In this document: positions 9,488 through 19,215 of the stretch, one piece after another
How the letters are laid out: each line of letters opens with the position of its first letter
How positions within the stretch are numbered: position 1 is the stretch's first letter
Origin: Salinispira sp.
GTDB lineage: Bacteria; Spirochaetota; Spirochaetia; DSM-27196; Salinispiraceae
Reading direction: 5' to 3'
Assembly (NCBI GenBank): GCA_965602015.1
Contig: OZ271918.1
Span: 512,001-576,000 of the forward strand
Length of the DNA: 64,000 nt
Position numbers and translations under genes: made by a program
Notes under the pieces: generated by a model
What the model saw: only the letters and a program-made list of their open reading frames with translations
What the model was told of the DNA's origin: nothing
Database searches by the model: none

Positions 9488-10972
9488 ATGATGTCCCCGC
9501 TGCTAGCCGCCGCGGCAGGTCTCGTACTGGTTGGGCTTTTAACTGTTTTTCTTCGCAGTGCGCGGGTGCCCAGGGGCAAACCGGTTTCCCCCATCGCCCG
9601 GGATCCGGATGTTCCCGACTTTGATGTACGGCTTGAACGATTCCGCCGGGCCTTGAAAATTCCCACCGTCACCCACAGCGATTATTCTGCAAATGACCGC
9701 AGCCGGTTTTTTGCCTTTCAGGATTTTCTGCTGACCGAGTTCGCAGGCTTTTTAGAGAGCTGCGAGGTCCATCGCTTTGACTGCTACGGCCTGGCCATCC
9801 GCTGGCCGGCTCATCCCGGCGGGTCGCACAAACCGCTTTTGTACATCGCCCATTACGATGTGGTTCCCGTTGACGGGCAGGACTGGAGCCGCGACCCCTT
9901 TGCAGGGGAAAGCGCCGACGGCTTCGTCTACGGACGGGGCAGCCTTGATACGAAAAATTCCCTGATGGCAATTCTCGAAGGGGCGAGCCTTGCGTGCGAG
10001 AACGGCTTCACGCCCCGGCGGGATATATGGTTTGCCTTCGGCGGTGATGAAGAGTCCGCCAGCACCGAAGGCGCCGCGACCATGGCCCGGTGGTTTGAAC
10101 AGCAGGGCATTCGCTTCGCCTGGGTGTTCGATGAGGGGGGAATAATCGCCCGGGACATGATACCCGGGGTGAAGGGGAACGCGGCCCTTGTGGGCGTCGC
10201 AGAAAAAGGCTTTGCGAATTACCTCCTGGAATCCCGGTCGGCGGGGGGGCATTCGTCGACGCCCTCGCTGAGCACCGCCCTGGGCAGGGTAGGGCGCTCG
10301 ATAGACCGCATCGAATCAAGCCCCCGGAACGACCGCATTCCCGAAACCATGGTCAATTTCCTCATACAAAGCGCTGCATTCCAAAAAATCCCCCTTCGGA
10401 TTGTCATGTCGAATCTTTGGCTCTTTGCCCCCCTGGTCCGGGCAATCTTGCGGAAACGCGATTCGAGCAGGGCCATGCTCCACAGCACCTTCGCTCCTAC
10501 CATGGCGGGAGCCAGCAGTAAGGAGAACATTCTGCCCAGCCGGGCCTGGGCTGTCGTCAACGTTCGCATAGCGCCCGGCGAAACCATTGCTTCGGTTTTG
10601 CAGCGCTTGCGGACCAATATCAGGGACTCCCGGGTCGATATTTCTGTGCTCAATATGGACGAGGCCAATGATCCGGTTCTGCCCGGAAATCCGCGCCGTC
10701 AGGAAGGCTTTCTACGCAGCGTCGAATTGGCCCTGGGCGACAGCACGGAGCTTCTTGCGGCCTTTCCCTACCTCATGACCGGTTCCACCGACAGCAAATA
10801 TTACGCTTCCCTGGCTGAGGAGGTATACCGCTTTGTCCCCATGCTGCTCGATGCCGAGGAGCTGGCGCGCGTACACTCCGCCGATGAGCGCATCAGCAGT
10901 AAAAACTACCGCCGCATGATTTCGTTTTATCGACGGCATATAGAATTAAGCGCATCAGGAGAATCGCAATGA
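9488..10972 (+). CDS. M20 family metallopeptidase/amidohydrolase with N-terminal membrane anchor
   Basis: AHYDVVP, YGRGSLDTK, GGDEE, DEGG, GGHSS, GSTD, HSADE. Confidence 0.9.
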   Translation: MMSPLLAAAAGLVLVGLLTVFLRSARVPRGKPVSPIARDPDVPDFDVRLERFRRALKIPTVTHSDYSANDRSRFFAFQDFLLTEFAGFLESCEVHRFDCYGLAIRWPAHPGGSHKPLLYIAHYDVVPVDGQDWSRDPFAGESADGFVYGRGSLDTKNSLMAILEGASLACENGFTPRRDIWFAFGGDEESASTEGAATMARWFEQQGIRFAWVFDEGGIIARDMIPGVKGNAALVGVAEKGFANYLLESRSAGGHSSTPSLSTALGRVGRSIDRIESSPRNDRIPETMVNFLIQSAAFQKIPLRIVMSNLWLFAPLVRAILRKRDSSRAMLHSTFAPTMAGASSKENILPSRAWAVVNVRIAPGETIASVLQRLRTNIRDSRVDISVLNMDEANDPVLPGNPRRQEGFLRSVELALGDSTELLAAFPYLMTGSTDSKYYASLAEEVYRFVPMLLDAEELARVHSADERISSKNYRRMISFYRRHIELSASGESQ

Positions 10973-12405
10973 ATACATCAGTGAAAATCGGCAAGGGCGC
11001 ATTTATCATGGCGGTTCTCATCCTCCTCGGACTCATGACGGTGAGCGGCCTGCTGACCGTGGCGCTGGACTCCGGTGAGTACGAGCGCGTCAGCATTGAC
11101 GGCCGGGTAATGATTACTCCGGGCAGCTACGAGACTGTGGCGAAACCCGATTACCCTTTCTGGCGTTGGTTTACCGCCCCGGTTGAAATCCTTTTTGCCG
11201 AGGGAAACGCTACGCTGATTACCCTCATACTCTTTTTGTTTGCCGTGGGAGGCTCCATCACCATCCTTGAGCAAATTCATGTCATGGATATGCTGGTTCA
11301 AATGCTCATCGACCGCTTCCGGGAGAACCGTTATATGCTTATGGGGGTGGTGATTCTTCTTTTTATGGCCCTCCCTTCGCTCCTTGGCATATACGAAGGC
11401 CTGGTTCCTGTCATTATTTTCGTGGTTCCCATGGCGAGGAGGATGGGCTGGGACAGTCTCACCGGTCTCGGCATGAGTCTACTGCCCATGGCCTTCGGCC
11501 TGTCAGCCTCCATCTCAAATCCCTTTACCATAGCGGTGGCTCAAACCATCGCCGATCTGCCGATTTTCTCCGGAGCCTGGCTGCGCATCATATTCTTTGC
11601 CCTGGTGTATGCGGCGGTATACGGATTTGTATACCGCTACGCCCGCCGGGTCGAAAAAGACCCCGCGAAGAGCCTGTGTCACCGGGAGGACCAGGGCCTT
11701 GAAATCGGCGAGCATCACGACTTTCATGAGTCGGAAGCCCGGCTGGTGCGGCGGGGATTGCGATGGTTCGCCCTGTGGATCGGCGTTGCTCTCCTGGTGG
11801 TACTGGCGGTCGCCTTTGTCCCGAGCCTGGGGTTTCTCGCCTTTCCCCTGATGGGGCTGATGTTCCTCATCGGCGGCTTCGGCGCCGGAATGCTCAGCGG
11901 ACACAGCGTTGGGAAGGTCATAGCCATATTCCTGAAGGGAGGCAAAAATATTATTCCCGGCGCCCTGCTTATTCTCCTCGCCTATTCAGTGAAATACATC
12001 ATCGATTCGGGCATGGTTACCGACACTCTGCTGTTTTTGGCTGCGGGAGCCATCGAGAGAGCGTCAGCCTTCGAATCGGTATTGCTGGTGTATGTTATTA
12101 CGCTGATAATGAACTTCTTTATCGGGTCCGCCTCGGCAAAGGCCTTTTTGATGATGCCCATTCTCGTTCCCCTGGCCGATCTGGTAGGAATAACCCGGCA
12201 GACTGCGGTACTGGCCTTCGGATACGGCGACGGCTTCAGCAATATGATATTTCCAACCAATCCGCTGCTTCTCATCGCCCTGAGTTTTACCGTGGTCTCC
12301 TACGTCAAGTGGATACGTTGGACCGCCCTGCTGCAGCTGTTTATGGCACTGCTTTCCCTGGCGTTTCTGTTTTTCGCCGTCCGCATCGGCTTCGGGCCGT
12401 TTTAA
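10969..12405 (+). CDS. YfcC-family transporter
   Basis: Polytopic membrane protein, GEYER loop, NPFTIAVAQTIA, GDGFSNMIFPT; ATGA overlap with the M20 gene. Confidence 0.8.
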   Translation: MNTSVKIGKGAFIMAVLILLGLMTVSGLLTVALDSGEYERVSIDGRVMITPGSYETVAKPDYPFWRWFTAPVEILFAEGNATLITLILFLFAVGGSITILEQIHVMDMLVQMLIDRFRENRYMLMGVVILLFMALPSLLGIYEGLVPVIIFVVPMARRMGWDSLTGLGMSLLPMAFGLSASISNPFTIAVAQTIADLPIFSGAWLRIIFFALVYAAVYGFVYRYARRVEKDPAKSLCHREDQGLEIGEHHDFHESEARLVRRGLRWFALWIGVALLVVLAVAFVPSLGFLAFPLMGLMFLIGGFGAGMLSGHSVGKVIAIFLKGGKNIIPGALLILLAYSVKYIIDSGMVTDTLLFLAAGAIERASAFESVLLVYVITLIMNFFIGSASAKAFLMMPILVPLADLVGITRQTAVLAFGYGDGFSNMIFPTNPLLLIALSFTVVSYVKWIRWTALLQLFMALLSLAFLFFAVRIGFGPF

Positions 12406-12406
12406 G

Positions 12407-13234
12407 TCACCACAATGAGTACGCGAAGGCGGCGAGGGCGGTGCAGAGTGCGCTGCCGGCGGCGTTTGATATGAGGTTCACCGCGTCGTTGTTCATCCAG
12501 GGCAGCCCCCGTATCAGTTCGCCGACGGGTCTTTCGGTCAGCCTGCCGCGTCCGTCCCGGTAGAGCGCCTGAAGTCCGGCGCCGAGAAGCGAGTCTATAA
12601 GGCTCCCGCCCAGGCCGCCTGCCAGAACCGCAAACAGCGATGGCAGAAGCGCTCCGGCGCCGGCTGTGCGGAAGATAAGGGGAATAGCGGCCAGGAAAAT
12701 AGCCGCCGCCCCCGCCGCGGAAGCCAGGGTTCCGGCAACGCTCACCCCGCCGCTTGTTCCGGGCTCCACGCTGCGAAATGTCAGAATCGACCGGGGCGGC
12801 TGCCCCGCCAGGACTCCCAGTTCGCTCGACCAGGTGTCGGCAGTTGCCGCGGCCATTGAACCGGTAAATGCGAACAGCGCCCAGGGCTGACCGAAGATTG
12901 CATACCAGAGCATCGCAAGAGCGCCTACTCCGGCATTGGCGAATGCCTGCCAACCGTCCCTGGTGTGACCCTTCTCGTGAAGCTCTTCAAGACCGATCTT
13001 TTTGGCTGATCCGAAACGGCTGAGAACCGAGGAAGATATAAAAAACATCAGGAGCACGCCCCAGGCTGCAAATCCCCCGCCCAGATATATCATGCTGCCC
13101 AAGACAAACCCGGTACATGCTCCGGATAGGCTAACCGAGCGCCGCCAGTACGCAACGCCTGCCAACGCGGTGTTGGCAAGCAGGGTAAGAACAATACGGG
13201 TCAACAGCGCGTTCCGGCTCAGTTCGGCAATCAC
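12407..13234 (-). CDS. DUF92/TMEM19 family membrane protein (VTE6 phytyl-phosphate-kinase-like)
   Basis: RDGWQAFAN, AAATADTWSSELG, GTSGGVS, DSLLGA, NNDAVN; probable GTG start overlapping the upstream stop (GTGA). Confidence 0.85.
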   Translation of the reverse strand: MIAELSRNALLTRIVLTLLANTALAGVAYWRRSVSLSGACTGFVLGSMIYLGGGFAAWGVLLMFFISSSVLSRFGSAKKIGLEELHEKGHTRDGWQAFANAGVGALAMLWYAIFGQPWALFAFTGSMAAATADTWSSELGVLAGQPPRSILTFRSVEPGTSGGVSVAGTLASAAGAAAIFLAAIPLIFRTAGAGALLPSLFAVLAGGLGGSLIDSLLGAGLQALYRDGRGRLTERPVGELIRGLPWMNNDAVNLISNAAGSALCTALAAFAYSLW

Positions 13235-13914
13235 GAAAACACCTGGGAGTAGAATATCCAATAGCCAAGAGATGACAGAAGCGGCACGCTGATATTATCC
13301 AGCCCAAAAGGGGTAACCAGTTCGACGAGCCCCGCTGCAAGAGCCAAACCAAGGGCCGCAATGACAATAGCGAGCACATCTCCGCTGTCGAGGAAGAGAA
13401 TCTGCATGACAAGGGCGACGGTAAAACTCGCCGCAACCATGGCGATGCTCCCCGCCAGGCTTTTGGTGTTACCGAAAATTTTCATGTGCCGCCGGCTGCC
13501 CAGCGGGCTCTGGCCGATTATCGCCGCCATACCGTCACCCCAGGCCATTACCATGATTCCCAGACCGCCGATCCATTTCGGCATTCCCCAAAACCAGGTC
13601 ATGAGAACGAGGATGAGGAGGCTGATGGGATAATAGACCGTACCCATGTTCGACCCTTCGCTTTCCATTGCCGGCAAAAGATGGGCTCTGGCGATTACCA
13701 AATTTATGAGAATAAAACTCGCCGGCCCGATGAGGGCCACCCAGGGGGTGACGATGCTGTACATGGCGATGAACCACCAGTGCCCCACGGCGATATGTAT
13801 CAACTTGCGGGCGGTCGATGATGTGAGGACTCCCCGTGAATTCAGAGCGGAGGCGATCGCCATACAGATAAAAATAAACAGATATGCTATGGCCAAACCG
13901 AGATATTGATTCAT
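13231..13914 (-). CDS. Phytol/dolichol kinase-like CTP-dependent polyprenol kinase (VTE5/COG0170-like)
   Basis: RKLIHI, GTVYY, WGDGMAAIIG, KSLAGS, DNISVP motifs; polytopic. Confidence 0.85.
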   Translation of the reverse strand: MNQYLGLAIAYLFIFICMAIASALNSRGVLTSSTARKLIHIAVGHWWFIAMYSIVTPWVALIGPASFILINLVIARAHLLPAMESEGSNMGTVYYPISLLILVLMTWFWGMPKWIGGLGIMVMAWGDGMAAIIGQSPLGSRRHMKIFGNTKSLAGSIAMVAASFTVALVMQILFLDSGDVLAIVIAALGLALAAGLVELVTPFGLDNISVPLLSSLGYWIFYSQVFS

Positions 13915-14002
13915 ACCTTTACTGTAGAAGGTTTTTGTCCTCAGGTAAACGCTTATTCACAAAATCACCATTGCGCCGTACACTGGTTATCCGGAGGTGC
14001 GT

Positions 14003-14950
14003 ATGAGGCGTTTTGTATTACACCTGGTAATTTCTGCTGTGCTCCTGTTTACCTCTGTATGGGTTTTTTCCGGCGAAGGGCCGGCTAATTTTTTGAACAG
14101 GGCTTCCGCTCTGGAAATCGTAATCTCCATATCCTTGTCGCTGGCTTTGGTCAGTTTTCTCTTCGGAATGCTGTTTTCCGACTATTCCTGGGTCGACCGA
14201 TTGTGGAGCACTGCCCCGGTGCTCTACGCGTGGGTGTATGCGGCAAAAAGCCGGTTCGCATGGCCGGTGGTGGTGGCTGCGTTGATCGTTACCCTCTGGG
14301 GCGTCAGACTGACCTGTAATTTTGCCCGCAAGGGGGGATACTCGGGCAGAGAAGATTATCGCTGGCCTGTTTTGAGGCAGAGAATTTCCCATCCTGTTCT
14401 GTGGCAACTGTTTAATCTTCTGTTTATCTGCGGCTTCCGAATCGGACTGTTTATTCTCTTCACCGCGCCGTTCATTCGCCTGGGAGCGAATCCCCAGTCG
14501 CCCAGGCTCTTTATATCCTCGTCTATTCTCATGCTTGCCTTCCTGTTTCTCGAAACCATCGCCGATCAGCAGCAGTGGATTTTTCAGAAGGCGAAGGCAT
14601 CGGCCCTGAAGCACCATCAGGTAGTCACCACCGTGGATCATCAGGCGGATATTTCCCGGGGCTTTTTAACCGGGGGGCTGTTTTCCCTGGTCCGGCATCC
14701 AAATTATCTCGGTGAGCTCGGCGTATGGTGGAGCTTTTACCTCATGGCTTCATCGTATTCCGGGAGCCTGCTGCACTGGAGCCTGTCGGGACCGGTGGTA
14801 TTAAGCCTGCTCTTTGCCGGTTCGACGCTGTTCACCGAATCACTTTCGGTAAAAAAGTATCCCGAGTACCGGGATTATCAGCATCGGGTTCCCGCCATCG
14901 TGCCCTTTATGATGACCGGCGCCCGTCGGGAGGGTCAGGAGGAAGCCTAG
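14003..14950 (+). CDS. DUF1295 family (steroid 5-alpha-reductase-like) membrane protein
   Basis: YSWVDRLWS, WGVRL, EDYRW, ETIADQQQW, GLFSLVRHPNYLGE; GGAGG SD. Confidence 0.85.
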   Translation: MRRFVLHLVISAVLLFTSVWVFSGEGPANFLNRASALEIVISISLSLALVSFLFGMLFSDYSWVDRLWSTAPVLYAWVYAAKSRFAWPVVVAALIVTLWGVRLTCNFARKGGYSGREDYRWPVLRQRISHPVLWQLFNLLFICGFRIGLFILFTAPFIRLGANPQSPRLFISSSILMLAFLFLETIADQQQWIFQKAKASALKHHQVVTTVDHQADISRGFLTGGLFSLVRHPNYLGELGVWWSFYLMASSYSGSLLHWSLSGPVVLSLLFAGSTLFTESLSVKKYPEYRDYQHRVPAIVPFMMTGARREGQEEA

Positions 14951-15013
14951 CTTGCTCGCGATTTCTCGTTTATACAGTGGGGTTTTTCCGCAGTCAGAAA
15001 TGTCAACGGTCGG

Positions 15014-16480
15014 TTAACTCGGTCGGATCAGCTGTTCCCAGTGTATGAGCCTTCCCGGGGCGTTTTCCAGTTCTTCGGGGTAGTGGGTTATGATGATGGT
15101 TGGAACCGGCGATTCGGCGTGAAGGTCAAAAAACCTCTGCCAGAGCGCCTGGCGAGCCTCCCTGTCCAAATTGATAAACGGCTCGTCCATCAACAGGGCG
15201 TCGGCTCCGTAGAACCATGCGCGGGCCATGGCAAGGCGCTTTCGCATGCCCCCCGACAGTTCGTGGGGGTAATGCCCTTCCCAGCCTTCGAGTCCCCATA
15301 GCGACAAAATTTTCCGCGCCCTTTCAACTTCCCCGGTGTTCCAGCCGGGAAAGACCGGCAAAAGCACATTGCCCAGGGCGTCCCGGTGGTCCAGAAGCAG
15401 ATCCTCCTGAAACAGCAGCACGGTTCGCTTCGGCGCGTCGACCCGGCCGCCCATTGGAGAAAACAGCCCGACGATTCCCTTTAGCAGGGTTGTTTTCCCG
15501 CAGCCCGAGGGGCCGGAAATGATCAGCGGTTTCTCGGCGTCCACCGTGAGGTCTATCCCTGAGAAAATCGGGCTGCCGTCGAACCCCATGGATAGCTTGC
15601 TGACTGCAATTTTTGCACCTTCCGCCGGAGTTGAGGATTCCGGTTCAGGGTACCTTTTGCTACCGTCGCCGGCGGGCAGACGACCACGGCGCGGGGATGA
15701 GCCATTTGTTTCCGCGGTGGCCGGCGCCCGGCTGGGGAACAGCCGTTCAACGGTATGGCGGATCGCCAGGGACAACAGCGCCATGCTTAACAGAAAGAGC
15801 AGGGCCCAGGTAAAAAAACTCTCCAGATCGAAGAACTGATAGTAGGTATTAATATAACGCCCGAAACCGTTTTGCGCGGCAAACCACTCGGCAAGCATGG
15901 CGCTTTTCACCGCGGTCATTATGCCCAGATGAATGTTCACCTTTACCGCGGGCAAGAGCCGGGGGAGGTACAGTTCCTTCCAGAGTACCGCCCGGGCTGG
16001 GTTGTATATCCGGAACATGTGGTGGGCCTGCTCGGGAATCAGTCGGCGGGCTTCATATACGTGACTGGTTAGCAGGGGGGTGGTGACCAGAAAGGCCACC
16101 GCCGGCGCCGCGGCTCCATTGGTGCCCAACCACAGGACCAGCGGGGTTATCCACAGCAGGGGAGGGGCGCCCTGGAACAAAAATACCGGGAAAAAACCCA
16201 GGCGGCCGGCGGCGGGCTTTGCGCCCATGAGCAGGCCCAGGGGAAAGCTGATGATCCACGCTAAGGCAAAACCCCCCAGGGCCCGGCTTAGGGTGAGAAA
16301 GATCGCCGGGAGGAATCGGGCATATAATTCGGCTTCAGCCAATCGCCGGGCGACGGCCGCCGGGCCTGGCAACAGCGTCGGACCCGCCAACAGACTCCCG
16401 CCCCACCAGATTATCAGAAAAATCCCGAGTCCGGCGGCATACTGGGTTGCCCTGCGAATTATTGATGCCCTGACAGTCAT
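15014..16480 (-). CDS. NitT/TauT-family ABC transporter, permease fused to ATPase
   Basis: N-terminal permease (LPGP, AEW...GFG); C-terminal GPSGCGKT, LSGGM, LLMDEPF, ITH. Confidence 0.85.
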   Translation of the reverse strand: MTVRASIIRRATQYAAGLGIFLIIWWGGSLLAGPTLLPGPAAVARRLAEAELYARFLPAIFLTLSRALGGFALAWIISFPLGLLMGAKPAAGRLGFFPVFLFQGAPPLLWITPLVLWLGTNGAAAPAVAFLVTTPLLTSHVYEARRLIPEQAHHMFRIYNPARAVLWKELYLPRLLPAVKVNIHLGIMTAVKSAMLAEWFAAQNGFGRYINTYYQFFDLESFFTWALLFLLSMALLSLAIRHTVERLFPSRAPATAETNGSSPRRGRLPAGDGSKRYPEPESSTPAEGAKIAVSKLSMGFDGSPIFSGIDLTVDAEKPLIISGPSGCGKTTLLKGIVGLFSPMGGRVDAPKRTVLLFQEDLLLDHRDALGNVLLPVFPGWNTGEVERARKILSLWGLEGWEGHYPHELSGGMRKRLAMARAWFYGADALLMDEPFINLDREARQALWQRFFDLHAESPVPTIIITHYPEELENAPGRLIHWEQLIRPS

Positions 16481-16486
16481 CTATGC

Positions 16487-17389
16487 CTATTCCAGGTAAA
16501 ACGCGTCGGCGGGCTGGGGAACCCCCATGGTATCCGCATAGGTTTCTATAAGCATCCGGTCTTCGGCCGCATCGAACAAACCAAAAAGGCTCGATTCGAT
16601 TGCCCGGGCAATGACCGGTTCGGGCATATCAAAAACCGGGCCATACTTGGCGGCAAAGGCATCACCGTCGGCCTGAAGTTCCTGCACAATATCCTTCAGC
16701 CGGGTCCGGAATTGATCGAGGGAACGGCGCTGCTGTGGATGGTATTCGGTGCGGACAAAAATGCTCACCTGGGGACTCCTGGGTTCACCGCCGGATATTT
16801 CTGCATACATGTCCTGGATGTTGGCAAAACGGAAGGCCTGGCCTCCGATTTCGAGCCGGGATGCAATGGGTTCCACCAGCACCGCCGCGCCGGCTCGTTT
16901 TTGGGCCAGCAATCCGGCGGCCTGGGGAAACGGAGCGTAGGCAATGCTCACCGAATCAAGCAGGCCTTCTTTTTCCAGCAAGGCCTTAACCTGCACATCG
17001 ATGGGGCTGCCCTCGAAAGGAACGTAGAGAACCTGCCCCTGAATATCCGAAAGTTCATCAATTTCCTCGGCGGTCATCAGGGCGGACACGCCCCACACAA
17101 GGGTGTCCAGATGTCCGATGTCGCCGGCGCTGAAGCTCCTGCTGTAGCCCACCGTGAATCCCGAGGCCAGGATATCCAGCTCTCCGTTGATCAGCTGTCC
17201 CAGGGCTTGCGGATGATCGGTGTACACCGAGCCCTGGTACTGATCGGGGTAACGCTCGACCAGTTCCATCAGCGGAATGGAACTTATGCTCATGGGGTAT
17301 CCCAGTGATTGAATCTCCTCGCTGCCTCCGGCGGCGAAGGCCGCCGATGCGTACAAGGCGATGAGTATATATACGATTATTTTTCTCAT
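16487..17389 (-). CDS. ABC substrate-binding protein (NitT/TauT-like)
   Basis: Signal peptide ending AFAAGGSEE, AAVLVEP motif, adjacent to the permease-ATPase gene; AGGAG SD. Confidence 0.75.
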   Translation of the reverse strand: MRKIIVYILIALYASAAFAAGGSEEIQSLGYPMSISSIPLMELVERYPDQYQGSVYTDHPQALGQLINGELDILASGFTVGYSRSFSAGDIGHLDTLVWGVSALMTAEEIDELSDIQGQVLYVPFEGSPIDVQVKALLEKEGLLDSVSIAYAPFPQAAGLLAQKRAGAAVLVEPIASRLEIGGQAFRFANIQDMYAEISGGEPRSPQVSIFVRTEYHPQQRRSLDQFRTRLKDIVQELQADGDAFAAKYGPVFDMPEPVIARAIESSLFGLFDAAEDRMLIETYADTMGVPQPADAFYLE

Positions 17390-17572
17390 GTGTTTTCTCC
17401 TAGATGTGGCATCATACATAAAGCGCTATCGATCTTCTACCGCTTGTATCGCCGGCGGATGGATAATCGGCATATTTGAATAAGCGGCCCGCTGGCCTTA
17501 AGCTGTAGGCAGGAGAGCGATCCTAACTGGAAAGCGATCCTTCTGGGAGAGCGTTTATTATTGGAGGGCGTC

Positions 17573-18631
17573 ATGGAAAAAAGCGTTACGAAGCGTTTCG
17601 GGATTCTCACTGCCGGAGGGGACTGTCCGGGTTTGAATCCGGCAATCAGGGGAATATGCAAGGCGGCCCATCATCAATACGGAATGGAAATAGTGGGAAT
17701 CGAGGAGGGGTACCGTGGACTTGTGGAGGGCAAGGCCAGGATACTCAAACCGGAAGATTTTTCCGGAATCATTCATAAGGGCGGAACCATTCTCGGCACC
17801 AGCCGCGAGCGTCCGTTCAAAGATCCGGTGAAGGTCGACATGATGATGGAGAATCTCGGCAAGTGGAACCTCGACGCCCTGGTGGTGCTCGGGGGAAACG
17901 GAAGCCAGAAAAGAGCTTACTGGCTGGCCGAGAAGGGGGTGAATGTCATCGGCCTTCCCAAAACCATAGACAATGACGTGTACGGCAGCGACATGACCTT
18001 CGGCTTTCACACCGCCCTGGACATCGCAACCGACGCGGTTGACCGGCTTCACACCACAGCGCATTCCCACCGCCGGGTGCTCATTGCCGAGATAATGGGC
18101 AACGAGGCCGGCTGGTTGACCCTCTATGCGGGAATCGGCGGCGGAGCAGACGTAATAATTATTCCGGAAATCCCCTATGATATCGACAGCATAGTCCGCC
18201 ACCTGGAAACCCGGCTCGCCCACCCCGAAGGATTTTCTGTCATCGCCGTCGCCGAAGGCGCTCGAAGCATAAAGGACGCCGAGCTTTCCCGCAAAGAACT
18301 CAAGGCCCTTCGAAAAAAGGGCGGAAGCTCAGGCCATCGATTATCAGAGGCTATCAACCAGGCGGGAAATTTTGAGTCCCGGGTATCAGTACTCGGATAC
18401 CTGCAGCGGGGGGGCTCCCCCTCGGCGTATGACCGGGTATTGGCAACCCAGTTCGGAACCCGCGGGGCAGAACTGCTCGCCCGGGGAGATTACGGTCGCC
18501 TGGTGGTACTGGACGGTCAGGAAGTCAGTTCAATTCCCCTGGAAGAGACCGCCGGGAAAACGAAATTCGTTCCCGAGGGCGACCTGTCCATACATTCGGC
18601 AAAGGCTGCGGGAACCTGCTTCGGAGATTGA
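17573..18631 (+). CDS. pfkA: 6-phosphofructokinase (probably ATP-dependent, group III)
   Basis: GGDCPGLN, GGTILGTSR, GGNGS, PKTIDND, EIMG, LGYLQRGG. Confidence 0.92.
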   Translation: MEKSVTKRFGILTAGGDCPGLNPAIRGICKAAHHQYGMEIVGIEEGYRGLVEGKARILKPEDFSGIIHKGGTILGTSRERPFKDPVKVDMMMENLGKWNLDALVVLGGNGSQKRAYWLAEKGVNVIGLPKTIDNDVYGSDMTFGFHTALDIATDAVDRLHTTAHSHRRVLIAEIMGNEAGWLTLYAGIGGGADVIIIPEIPYDIDSIVRHLETRLAHPEGFSVIAVAEGARSIKDAELSRKELKALRKKGGSSGHRLSEAINQAGNFESRVSVLGYLQRGGSPSAYDRVLATQFGTRGAELLARGDYGRLVVLDGQEVSSIPLEETAGKTKFVPEGDLSIHSAKAAGTCFGD

Positions 18632-18705
18632 GCTTCTTTTTCGCCGGGCTGCGAGGGGCGGGATTTCCCTCGACGTCCCATTCCCCCGGCTAGTACCTTA
18701 GTACT

Positions 18706-19212
18706 ATGAAAAAGGCGACAATTCCGGTCATAATTTTGTTTGCAATAATCCTGACCTCCTGCAATAGCATGGGCTTGAGGGCGTTGCGAGGCAGCTTCCC
18801 GGACCCCGAGCTTGATGTCAGGGAAGTGGTCTCAATTCAGTTGCGGGCGCTGCAGAGTAACAACCGGGAAAACGAGGGAATCGCCATTGTCTACCGTTTC
18901 GCAGCCCCTTCGAACAAAGTGGTAACCGGCCCCATCGATCGATTCACCCGGCTGTTCGAGACCAGGTCTTATTCACCTATGCTGGGTTCACAAGAGATCG
19001 AACTGCTTGATTCCCGGGTTGAGGGACGCTTTGCCCTCCAAAGGGTGAGGGTGGTGGGAGACTCCGGGCAGGAGGTGTTCTATCTGTTTGTATTGGAAAA
19101 ACAACAGAGGGGCAATTACGAGGATTGCTGGATGACGATTTCCGTTCAGCTGTTTTCCGGAGATTTGCCCGGTCCCGAGTTTGATTTCGATTTCGAAGCC
19201 CAGTCAATATAG
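18706..19212 (+). CDS. DUF4864-like lipoprotein
   Basis: Lipobox LTSC; VVSIQLRAL, YRFAAP, FTRLF..SYSPML, CWMT. Confidence 0.65.
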   Translation: MKKATIPVIILFAIILTSCNSMGLRALRGSFPDPELDVREVVSIQLRALQSNNRENEGIAIVYRFAAPSNKVVTGPIDRFTRLFETRSYSPMLGSQEIELLDSRVEGRFALQRVRVVGDSGQEVFYLFVLEKQQRGNYEDCWMTISVQLFSGDLPGPEFDFDFEAQSI

Positions 19213-19215
19213 ATT

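Noticed and set aside
13231..13261. Frameshifted kinase-DUF92 fusion (pseudogene)
   Set aside because: A GTGA start/stop overlap at 13231-13234 explains the junction as translational coupling, and both domains look complete
17390..17572. Riboswitch upstream of the NitT/TauT binding protein
   Set aside because: No TPP, SAM, FMN or cobalamin consensus recognised; an Rfam scan would settle it
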